A DNA stretch of 64,000 bases from Bugula neritina (taxonomy: Eukaryota; Animalia; Bryozoa), in assembly GCA_964035545.1 (NCBI GenBank), contig OZ037765.1:30999504-31063503 (forward strand). The letters are read 5' to 3'. Numbering within the stretch: the stretch's first letter is position 1; each line of letters starts with the position of its first letter. Made by a program: the position numbers and the translations under genes. This document shows, in pieces, positions 1-11,700 of the stretch. A model generated the notes under the pieces. The model had not been told where the DNA came from. It saw nothing but the letters and a program-made list of their open reading frames with translations, and did not search any database.

Positions 1-1800
1 GGTTTTGAGTTGGTGATAAAGCAGCGATCAGCATAATGTAGTAAATAATCATTACACTGCTGTTGTACCAGCACATCGTGCTGCCACTGAAACTAGTCTC
101 CAAACCTTGCGTCATGGTTATGTAGCGGGCAGCCACGCAGGCCAACCAGTATTATGATGAGCACAAGCACTTAGACTAATTCAGCTGCATACTTGGATAA
201 ATTAACACTGCATCAGGCACAGGGTGCACTCTTTAAACTGCTGCTTGGAATTATTCTTCTCTATACTCCATACTAGCAACCACCTGGGCTTTGTGGTTAC
301 TGATAACACTGTTCCTTAATGTTCACTAACCTTTTTTGTCCTACATTTAGCTATAGGAGTCTTGATGCTAGACCTAGCTCCTAACAATCTAATCTTGTTG
401 TGAGAGAAAACTAAAGAATGTTATGCAATATCTCTCACTAGCCAATGTTCCAGTAACTTTGTGTTACTTATAAGGGTTATGATTTTATTCCCTATTGAAT
501 TGAAAGGTGAAATAAGATATATTCAGTTACTGCAGGCGTACTTTGAATGGGGGTCAGCATTACCTTCACACTATATTAGCTTACTAGAGCATGGCATATG
601 AAATACATCCTAAACCACATTTGCACACAAGATGGAGTTACTAGCACTATGTATTAGCAAACAGCAAAAAAGCTATGTTAAGCATATTAGTGTGAGATAG
701 CCTTCAATACTATTCATATGTTAAGTCACCCTCTAACATTCTCTGAGAGGAATATAGCACTAATTAGGCAAACAATTATGAAGGGGGAGGGGGGACAGTT
801 GAGGTAACCTCATTAGCTCCCAATTATTTTCAATAATGTATATAGTTGCAGAGGTGGGTACTCGGGCATTCTTGACTCAAACCAATTTTCAATAAACCTT
901 GACTCAACTTGTTTAAGTATTAGCTATAATATTGAACATTTTGAATGACTTGAACAATAAAAAAGTTATTTCAATGTTTCAGGTTACTGCATCCATTTTA
1001 ATGTTATTCAATTATCAAAAATATAAAACTATTATAAGATAGCTAAAATCTGAGCCATTCTTTATTATTTTTAATTAACTATTTAATTTCTATCAATTGG
1101 ATGTAAAACTTTAGACTGGGAATTGCCACTATTAAATTGCATCAATTACTTGCAGGTCAGTATGACTCAACTTGAGTAAAATCTCAAGTCATTGCTTGAC
1201 TTGAATTTATTTATTGATTGGACTTGGGTTATTATAATAATAATTATTATTACTATACGGGTCTGCATATTTCATTATATGTACTTCAATTTCTTTTACT
1301 ATAGAAATATATAATAAACATAATGGCAGCAGCTAACGTTACCAACGCTGCAAAATAGTTGCAGCTGGACAAAGAGTATAATTAGTAGTATTACCAAACA
1401 ACCATAATCATTACTTTTTTCAGAAAAGAAAAATAAATAGTTACAGTGAACTGTGACGCTATCACTCATCACCATCACTGTCAGTATTACTACTACTATT
1501 AGATACTTGATGATTTATTATGTTCACTATTACTATTAGTATTACAGTTCCATTTTGACTTAAAATTACTATTTGACTTAGTATTAGTGTGGCATCAAAA
1601 CAATGCCATTTAATTTTATAATATTATAATTATACTGAAACTAGTTTTACATTTAGAGTATTTAGCAAGATAATCATAAATCAGTATAATTGTTATAATT
1701 ATTATTTGTTGTAATAATAATAATAATATTGACAATCATAATGATAATAATCCAAGTATGAGTATGAATATTACAACACCAAAATAAAGCATTAACATAC

Positions 1801-1817
1801 CCCATTAGCCAATCCAT
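1801..1817 (-). CDS. MOB2: First coding exon (MDWLMG-) of a probable MOB kinase activator 2; rest of gene lies left of this point or outside the window
   Basis: Minus strand reads ATG GAT TGG CTA ATG GG|GTATGT, downstream of a pyrimidine-rich acceptor (ctcttctattcag, ~1876). MDWLMG matches the MOB2 N-terminus as I remember it (MDWLMGK...). A probable non-coding exon donor (CCAAG|GTGAAT) lies at ~2500. Only 6 codons are visible. Confidence 0.6.
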
Positions 1818-3769
1818 TGTTTCTCGAAGATATTCTTCAAGTTTCTCCAGGGTGAGGGTGATTGTCTGGATGAAACTGAATAGAAGAGCTTTTAGCCCTA
1901 GAACTAGTTTTAGCAATCTATTCTATTTCGATAGCTGTTACACTTAAAAGGTTAAAGTTGATGCTTTATGATTGCTATGATATATTGACTTTGAGTATCG
2001 GTATGTCAATTACAATCACAATCACAATGTGATTGTGCAGGACTATCACTATGAGTTTGAGAATAAATAAAATTTTTCAGTTTTTAATCCCTAAAATTTT
2101 AACTATGATCTACTATGAATAAAAATTACTAAATTGTCATATAATTATAAATTAATTATATGATTTAATTATTCAAATCAACTTTCAAGTTTAGGATGAA
2201 ACTGAAGGTGTCAATTTTATAATTTTGACCAACTAATAGTAATACTAATAGTAACACTATGACTATGAACTAAAAGTAAATCTAATGCAATAACATTAAC
2301 TTTCACTCTAACCCAATCGACGCTACATCATGATCCCATTACTATTAGTACAGTTCTCAGTAGTTTGCAACGTTAGCATGTGCAAGAGATGATTATATCA
2401 GTGAGTAATGTTCAAGTCATCCAAATAAGTAAAATCTAATACTAATAGTAATAGCCATAGCAGTTCTGCTGCTTTTCACAATCGTAGTAAACTTATTCAC
2501 CTTGGAAAATTTTAACCCACGTTCTAATTTGTTGATGAACAGTTAACGGAGAGCCGTCTTTAGTTCTCATTGTTAAAAATGCTGGGATCAGCAGCAAGTT
2601 ATAGCTTTACGCATGTGCGTTGTGGATTAGGCACGGGTTGAAGTGCGAGAGAATAACCCTTATAGCAGATGCTGAACATGCATACATTTTGTATACAGTT
2701 TGTAAATTATATATTTTTATACCAATACAGTAGGCCATAAGTCTGCTGTTTTTACATCATAGTTGTATATGTAGACTGAAATCGTGCGACACACTATTTA
2801 AAATTTGTAAATGCTATAGCCATTTGAACAGGCAGGTGTTGTATTTCAAAGATATCAACTGTTATTTCAAAGTAAGTTACTGTTAGCATAAGCTGTTTCA
2901 ATATTAAACAGATTTATATCAGTTGAAAATTTTGTGTCTACAGCTCATTAAATTTAATCATTCGCAAAATATTAATGACAAAATAATTCTTGTAAATCGA
3001 TTTGGATCATGTGTAATGAAGTATCTGTCAGCCTCTTGATCTAGGCTAGCCAACACATCTGTTAGATGGCATAAGCTTGCTGATATTAATGCTATGTTCA
3101 AAGTTTAATAGATTACTAGAGTTGCAAACAACAGCAGTAAATTGATATCGATTACAATACATTAGTTGTAGAATTGTAAGAACTGCAGTCTGCATATATT
3201 ATGCAAAGCAATTTAGATGCATTTTGTAATCCATCTAGATAGCAGAACCACCTCTTGTGATGAACTGCTAAAAGGAAGCCCAACTACTGCATAGGCCATG
3301 ACTACATTCTGTGCAAGTGTTGTTGAACCAAGAATTTATAAGTGTAACAACATATAAACATAACAATAACTTTGAAACCTCAACTTGTACACCACCTAGT
3401 AGATATATAAAATGTAAGATAATGTTTTAAGGTCATAGGTTAGAACAATAATGGAATATTATACACCTGAGCAACTTAGTTATACCTCATGAAATGCTTT
3501 GTGAGATCTTTACATGTGAGTGACAATAGAAAAATTGATTGGTAGTAAAAATGAACTTTTCACAGTAACAACTTTGACCAAAAAAGTATAAGATCGTTTT
3601 TTTTAAAAAATGAACCATTATAACATGTTGAAGCAACAACTACAATAAATAACACTTCAAGCAGCAAAATAATGCAGAAAATTGTCAGTAATAATTTAGT
3701 CTGTCACAAAATATATAATTGATGGGCGGAATTGAATGGCTGTAATGGAAGCACAAAGAGAAGATAATT

Positions 3770-4385
3770 TCAATTCTCACTTCTTGGACGGCGGAATAGT
3801 AATATATGTGGCTCTAAAAAACAAGGAAAGTAAAATTATATATTAGATATTATGCTAAAATTTACAATATATTTATTTCGAAAAAAAATTATTAAATACT
3901 ATTAGTCTCCAACACCAAAAATACAGGATGGCTTAAGGAGAATATTACCAATCATTTAGAAATTACATATACAATATCTTGTACCATAAGTATGCATTAC
4001 AGCTAGCTGAAGTGATATAGTAATTGGGAGTTCCTACCAGGTTTGTGTAGCATGTAGTGTATCCAGCCAGGCGACTGCTGCACACCAAGATTTCTCCACT
4101 CAGTTTCAGTCATTAAATGGGTTTTGGGAACAAGCCTTGCGATATCACTTGGGAGTATTACATGTCTACAAAGAGGATATACTAGAGAAATAATGAGAAG
4201 CACACTAAAAATGCATGTTATAGAAAAATCAAAGTACTAGAAACAACAGTGAATCTATATAGTAAGATTAAATTTTCGTCTCATTATTTAATATTAGTTT
4301 TCAAAAGTGCTACATTTTACCTGTACTCATACGTTGTGTCATGGTAACGCTCTGAATAGCATATTTGTGTTACATGAGATGGCAT
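3770..4385 (-). CDS. CKS1: Cyclin-dependent kinase regulatory subunit (CKS1/CKS2/suc1 family), 3 coding exons: 4385-4321, 4165-4038, 3813-3770
   Basis: Spliced product [78 protein letters not shown] carries the hallmark [19 protein letters not shown] and [11 protein letters not shown] motifs. GT-AG introns are in phase. Confidence 0.97.
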
Positions 4386-5792
4386 TTTACAGAACTTCTG
4401 CAAAATACAAATAAAATATTTTCACATCATCAATTAGCAAAATCAATTTAAAGGAAGTAATAAAAATAGAAACATGTTTGAAGAGTGTAAATGTGGAACA
4501 GTCTCTGCAAACATTGTATATGCTGACAGAGCAGATGCTATGAACAGTGACGTTACGCAGGTGTGGCCTGTGTGGTTGTAAATATGATGTATATATACAA
4601 AAGGGTGTATAAGAAATAAATAGAAGAAATTGTGCAGTAGAGGAGGAGCGATTGTACTAGAAGAGTGCGAGTGCATTGAGAAGGAATGCATTAGGGTCTA
4701 GTAGTGAGAAGCAAAGAATATGGATATTTACTGATATCCTAATCTAGACAGTCTTGCTTCCCCATAGACGAATAACTCAACATACGAGATACTTTTAAGC
4801 TACAGATTAAACTATAATAACATTGCAGTCAATTGAAAACAGATTTTTGCACCAACCACCATGCTGTCTAAAAACTAAAAAGCTAAAAAGGACAATAATT
4901 CCCTAGTTGATAACAAATACAAGGCACAAGTGTCAACAAAACATGACTGAACAACTCGAATCAAACATTAAGACTAATAGTCATAGCCAAAGTTGTAGCC
5001 ATACTCATAGTGATAATGATTCTATATTTTGCTTGAGTTTTTATTTTAGTATTATAATTACTACTTGGTAAATTAGTAACTCCCAAAACTATAACTTTTA
5101 GTAAATCTAAATCTATAACGTTAGTATTAAAAATTACAAGTACTAGTAGTAGTAAGTAGTACTAGTCGAGTATAAGTATTAGTAGTACAACTCTAAGAGT
5201 AAGTATAACAATTACTAAGGAGAAAATTAGTTTTAGAAGTAGAATGATTGAATTTGATTAAATTTAATTAATAAAAACTTCAAGTTTCCTTTTTTGCACT
5301 CCTTAGTCTTAGTCTCAGAAAATAAAAGTGAAATGAGTGAAAGTTGAATGTAATACTTATACTAATAACTTTATAGTAATATGTATTGGCATAGTAATAC
5401 TGATAGGTTATACTAATAATAAGTTTAAGGGGTTCAGGTCAATTCGTACACAAGTTGCTTTGTACCCACTTTTTCAGGTCGCTTCAGGCACATCTGATAG
5501 GTCATTTCGCACAAATCAATATAAATTAACTAAAATAAATATTTTGTTAATATTTATTTTTTCCTTGATGTATGAGTCATACAGTACTGCTCACAAGTAA
5601 CTTGCACATTTCAAAATAGATAATAGATTAATATAAAACATTAATCAATGTGTGAAAGATACATGCTGGGATGCAATCAATAAGTAGTACCTGTACTGAC
5701 TGTAGTAGTAGCAGTAGTAGTAATAACACAAATTGTAAGTATAAAATTTAAAATTAATGTATTACTATTAGTACTACTCTGTCTCTTAAACT

Positions 5793-5919
5793 GGGTTACT
5801 GTCGTTTCGTATACAAAACGGTCATTTCGATTTCATACACAAACTGCTGTCTATTTTGTACACAAACTGCTGTCCATTTTCATTTTGTACACAAACTGCT
5901 GTCCATTTTGTACACAAAT
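5793..5919. repeat. Short tandem repeat of (T)TTGTACACAAACTGCTGTCCATT; related GTCA(A/T)TTCG(T/C)ACA motifs also at ~5430-5520
   Basis: Three near-identical ~22-bp units plus degenerate flanking copies are visible. Confidence 0.7.
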
Positions 5920-5971
5920 GAATAGTAGAGTAATCTACTAGATAACCACTTGAATGATACTAGTTTACTTA

Positions 5972-6125
5972 TTCAGTATCACTATCAGTATCACTATGAC
6001 AGTATGAGTATGAATATGATAGTGAGTATGACTATGAGTATGAGTCAGTACGAGTATCACTATCAGTATGAGTGTCAGTATCACTATCACTATCAGTATG
6101 ACTATGAGTATCAGTATCACAATGA
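5972..6125. repeat. Degenerate hexamer repeat (CAGTAT/CACTAT/GAGTAT)
   Basis: Directly visible; it produces the spurious ORF 5950-6159. Confidence 0.85.
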
Positions 6126-8548
6126 TTCACACAATATCATAGTTATTTTCATTAGTTAAACTTAATATCAGTTTAAAAATTATGCTTTAATTTACACAAA
6201 TAATTAGTAGGTCTAGGGGGCATGCAATTTCTTGCACTCTACAGTCAATAAAAGAGTTTAAAATTCGTGTACAATCACAATGGCAGATGAAGCGGAAACG
6301 TAGAGCTTGCTCCGATTTAGATGGAAAACGCTCACGTCGGGGAAAAGACTAACGTCTGGTATAAATTGAAAAAGATTTGTAAAAATTTTGGACTATATTT
6401 AAAAGGATGGTCGCACAAGTATTTATAAAATAAAAAAATTGTTAGAAATTACAAATAGAAACTATACAATTAAATTGTATTATTTTAATTTTTAATCTAA
6501 AATGCTTCATTGAAACTTTAGTTAGGAATTGCGACATAAAGAATTGTTTTTGCGATTATATTTTACAGTGAATCAAAATATAACCACGTGCACTACACGT
6601 GGTGTGTTGAGTGAGAAGGCGAGTATCATAGGTCTGCATACCCGTGTTGGTAGATCTCCTCTGCGTTCTGTAAAGCTTGATTGTCTCAATTTCTATTTCT
6701 ACGTATAGTTCTAGTTAAATAAGGTTTGTGATTTCTAGAAGCTTGTTTCAAAATTTATGCTTTCAACAGTTGCTGATATTTTCAATAATCATTTTGAAAT
6801 ACTTAAAGTTGACTGTTATATTATAAATACTAATAGTAATAGTAATATTAATACTAATAGTAATACTAATAGTAATAGTAATACTAATAAGTAATAGATT
6901 AATACTCACTAATAGTAATACTAATAGTAATAGTACTAGTAGTAGTAGTACTAGTACTAACTTTAATACTATTACTCATACTATTAGTATTAGTAGTACT
7001 AATAGCAATAGTTATAGTAATACTAACAGTCATCAGATTCAGTTTCAGATAATCATTATCAATGACAATATATAATATTGATTATGATAATCATAATGTA
7101 AAACTAAATGCTTGTGTTTAGCTTCAAGTTTAAGACAAGTTTGATTCTAGGTTTACTTTTGCACTTTAGTTGCCATTGTAATTGTCAGTGATTTTAACTC
7201 AACTAAAAGTCATACTAATACTAAATAATACTAACAGTAATAGTATAAGTATCACTATCAGTCATATAGTGTGATACTGGTAGGCAATTGTAATTGTATA
7301 AACCTAGTCTTGCACACAATTTTAATTTGTTTTTCAATCTGTATTGGTGTATGTTACTGTTAGTCATAGTTGCTAGACTTTTAGTTTTTTGGTAAGTCAA
7401 AGCATAACAGTAATATTTAATATCGTTTACATTTATGTATTCATAAAGTATAATTAAAATTATGAAATATTATTATCAATATAGTTATAATAATAACTTC
7501 GTTAGTTTTAGTATTTATCATAATTTAATAGGCTATATATTTTCCTTTTTAATTTGATGTAATAAAAACTTTTAATTTCAAAACTCATAACTTTTTTGGT
7601 TTATGCCGTTAAGAATAAAATAACAATAGACTGATAGTTTTAGGCTTAGGTTTATGTTGGTGTGAATCTGAGTTGAATTTTGCTCAAACTTACACTTATT
7701 TTAGCTTATTACTATTTTTGCTGTAAAATTGTATGTTTTGCCAGTTTAAATTCGATCTTTGTTTCTTCATAAATTGTAACAATTTTGGTCATGCTCATCG
7801 AAATTGATGGTCAGGACTTGCAAAATCTAGCATTACCTGCTCCTTTGTTGAGTTTTGTTAATTTTACTAACCTCAAACCTTTGACCAGTGTAGTAGAGCG
7901 TGCCTCTGATAGGAACAGTAAACACACTGAAACAGAGTTTAAGTTATCTGTAGTGATATTCGATAATAGAAGCTAAATGCAGTAAAGAAGAAATATTTCA
8001 ATTTCTTACATACATAATGAAAATTTAATATTTGATAAGGTAGACAATAGTAAACTAAAGAAATTTTGTCTTTGAAAGAAAAATTTTAGTTTTAGAGCAT
8101 TTCAACACTAAACTTGATGCTTTAAAGTATTTTAATTTGAAGGAGCACTTTTTCTCTGTACATGTGATGGTATTCAAATATATACAGCATTCATTTTTTC
8201 GTTTTCCTTCTTTAAGACCTTTATTTGTGGTTATTCTGTCAATTCATTTGAAATCATTTGTATTTTATACATAATGACAATGCAAATTAACTTTTTCTTA
8301 GAAGTTGAACTCAATTTCAAGTGCATATATGCATGCATCATCGACTGCTGGTTTTCCTAATATATTTGCTTACTGATAATCTTAAAAAGTTCTTCCTTGT
8401 GTAGATATGCCAAGCAGGCTTCAGTGAAAGCATGAAGTTGGTTTTTCAAAGGTAGTAATAATATCTAGGAGTTCACAAGTGCCAAGTGTATTACTAATAA
8501 GTGCCTATCTCTAATATGCTGTAGTCATTGTCCTGTACTATATAGTAT

Positions 8549-8562
8549 GTTACCATGGTTAC
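8549..8562. promoter_or_regulatory. Candidate RFX X-box GTTACCATGGTTAC
   Basis: One mismatch from the palindrome GTTACCATGGTAAC, about 210 bp upstream of the myosin ATG. Confidence 0.4.
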
Positions 8563-8770
8563 TCATTTGTGTTTCAACCATTATGATTATAAATCCATCA
8601 ATTCTTAATGAGTTTTAGTCACATTTAGTTGTGGATATACAATCATACTACAGAGATTTGTTATATACTGTTACAGTGGTAAGTTTTGAACACTCTGATT
8701 ACTTTTTAGTGGCTTCTACTGGTGAAGATATGACTGCCAGTACTCCTGAGTGGTAAAGTTCTGTGACAGC

Positions 8771-11700
8771 ATGGAGGCAGGTACTGGAAAAGTAGATGAC
8801 TTGGCAGCTTTAGCCAAACTCACCGAGCAGACATTACTCAAAGAGCTGGAGTTACGATACGGTCAAGGACAGATTTATGCAAGTTTATTCTCCAAACTTA
8901 TTCATCCATTTCTGATTTACGATCTCTTTTGCTGCACAAATACTAAACATGCTTTCATAAAGTCGACATTTTTACTTCACTTATGCTCACATAATGTTAA
9001 TGTAATATAATATGTGTTTTAGACCTACATTGGTGATATTCTTGTCGCTGTGAATCCATTCCAGCAACTTCCCCTTTATGATTCCCAGGTACATTATTTA
9101 TATAAATGTTAATGTGATGAAACAAAATTGATTATTACTTATTGATGCTAGAATATAGAGCAACCTGTTCTGTATTTGGATTTCTTGTTGGTATACTTTC
9201 ATTCACACTTTGCTGTAAATTAGAATTTCCTAGTTTATTATAAAAATACATAAGCAGTCTCTATGCCAGCTATATTTACCTCTGCTGTTTTATGTATGAA
9301 CAGAGAAACACTGAGAGGGGGTTGATGTTGGGGGTACACTGAGTAGGGGGTTGATGTTGGGGGTAGACTGAGAAGGGGGTTGATATTAGGGGTATACTGA
9401 GTAGGGGGTTGATGTTGGGGGTATACTGAGTAGGGGGTTGATGTTGGGGGTATACTGAGTAGGGGGTTGATGTTGGGGGTATACTGAGTAGGGGGTTGAT
9501 GTTGGGGGTATACTGAGTAGGGGGTTGAGGTTGGGGGTATACTGAGTAGGGACTCCTAGTAGTTTATAGATCTCAGGAACACTAATGATTTTGTGTTGTG
9601 TTATACAAGATTGAAAATAAATCCTAAATTTAAATTCTGCACTTTGTCATTATTAGCCATCACCACAAAACTAGTAATTCATAAATATTGTCAACTGTAG
9701 TGAATGCTACAAGTTTGTTCTGCATTTGTAGATTTTACTTGTTAGAAAAATTCTGTCTATTATATTGTTATAGCAGTAGTATTTATACTTTATAAACAAT
9801 GTTATCTACTGGTATCTGTATGCAGAGGCCTGCATCAACTCTAGTGCACCTGCATTACATGTCCCTTACTACTGGCTATAGACTATAGAGTGTAGAATAT
9901 AGAGTATAGACTATAGAGTATAGAATATAGAGTATAGATTATATACTATAGAGTATAGAATATAGACTATAGAGTATAGACTATAGAGTATAGAGTAGTA
10001 CATAGAGTATAGGGTATAGAGTATAGAATATAGAGTATATAATATAGAGTATAGAATATAGAGTATAGAGTATAGTATATAGAGTATAGAATATAGACTA
10101 TAGAGTATAGAGTATAGATAGTGAGCATTCCTTGAAGTTACCAGGGTAGTAGTGTGCTGCTGCATAATTCCCCTCTATATGTATCTATTCTCTGTCCTTC
10201 CAGCTAAAAGAATCACGATAATAATGAAAAATGTGATTATTATTAAAAGATAAGCTAATTTATCTATTAGCTTTTCCATTGCCTTACTTTTTGGTAGTTA
10301 ATAACAATTCACATAGGCTGGATATATCATTTGCTTGAATTGCTAATAGTTAGTATTGCTAAACACCAAGAGGTTAAATTTGTTCTAAGATATTTGTTTT
10401 CGAATTACTTGCCAAATAAGTGTTAGCCAATCACCTGTGAAAGGTGCTGCCTCTGTCATTTCAAGTCAAAATATTACCACAGTATTATACATTGACATGA
10501 TGGCTCAGGTGCTTTTACTATACTTACATTCAAGATACATAGATAGAATGAATATACTTACGAATATACTTACACTCACTCACTTACTTACGAATGTACT
10601 TACACTCAGACACGTACAATAAATATACTTACAAATATAGTTACACTCACTCACTTACGAATGCACTTACACTCAGACACATATAATGAATATACTTAGA
10701 TTCAGACTGACTCTTGGTGAAGCATAGCAGGTGCACTAGCTTTTTGAAAATGATGAATAATTTTAATAGCTGAGGTGCATTTGTTACTTTTTGGGGGTTC
10801 AAATAAATATTAGCAATACTAATTCAATGACTCAAATATATCATATATTGATAACTCCACAATCATAAGAATGCAATGTATATATTATTATTATTATCGT
10901 GAACAAGTTATGCTGAAACACATGTATGTAAATTTCATTCAAATTTTATCCAGTGTGATTATTTAGTTTGTGTCATAAAATTTATTTTTCCATTTTAATA
11001 GTTGCCCGACATTACCAAAGTGTAAACTTATTTGTGCTGCCTTTGTTATAGCATTCAAAGGAATACAGAAATATAAAAGTCAAGTCGCAGTTAAAGCCAC
11101 ACATTTTTGCTGTTGCTGACTGTGTATACCAAGACCTGTTGACAAACAAGGAGCCTCAGTGTTGTGTAGTCAGTGGAGAATCTGGAGCAGGTCAGTAGCC
11201 TGTTTTGATTGCTGTTATAGACATCAGTGTTGTGACCAATGCTTAATATTGACACTCACTAAGTCGTAATATTTTATTCGATCTTCTCTTTCTTTCACTT
11301 GAATTAACCAAATGTGGCAATTTGACAAAAACATTTTCACAGTAAAAACTTAGGTTGTTCATGTTTGTTAATATTTAACACTCGTTTACAACCGCACCAC
11401 GTATGCAGTCAGGATGGCCGAGTGGTCTAAGGCGCCAGACTCAAGGCTTGCCTTTCATTGTGTCAATGAGTTAGTGTTCTGGTCCACGAATGTGGGCGTG
11501 GGTTCAAATCCCACTCCTGACAAATTTTTTTTTATAGTGTTCATGTTTTTACATACATGTGCATTTGGCTGTGTGTAACACAGCATCAGCTACACTTAAA
11601 TTTTTTGTTGTTTTTCAAGGAAAAACTGAAACAACCAAGCTGTTGGTTCGACAAATTGTTCAATTGTGCACAAAATCTGGCTCAGTGACTGCTAGCAGTA

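Noticed and set aside
849-1230. CAGAGGTGGG start with recurring GACTCAACTTG motifs, hAT-like remnant
   Set aside because: No matching right TIR or TSD found; too degenerate to call.
1674-1916. 80-aa ORF with WLMG, briefly suggesting PIGQ
   Set aside because: No room for PIGQ upstream exons and no APAGLK continuation seen. MDWLMG followed by a donor fits the MOB2 start better.
7785-7976. 63-aa ORF upstream of the myosin as a possible kinase remnant
   Set aside because: No kinase motifs, and the in-frame stop at 8747 isolates the motor start.
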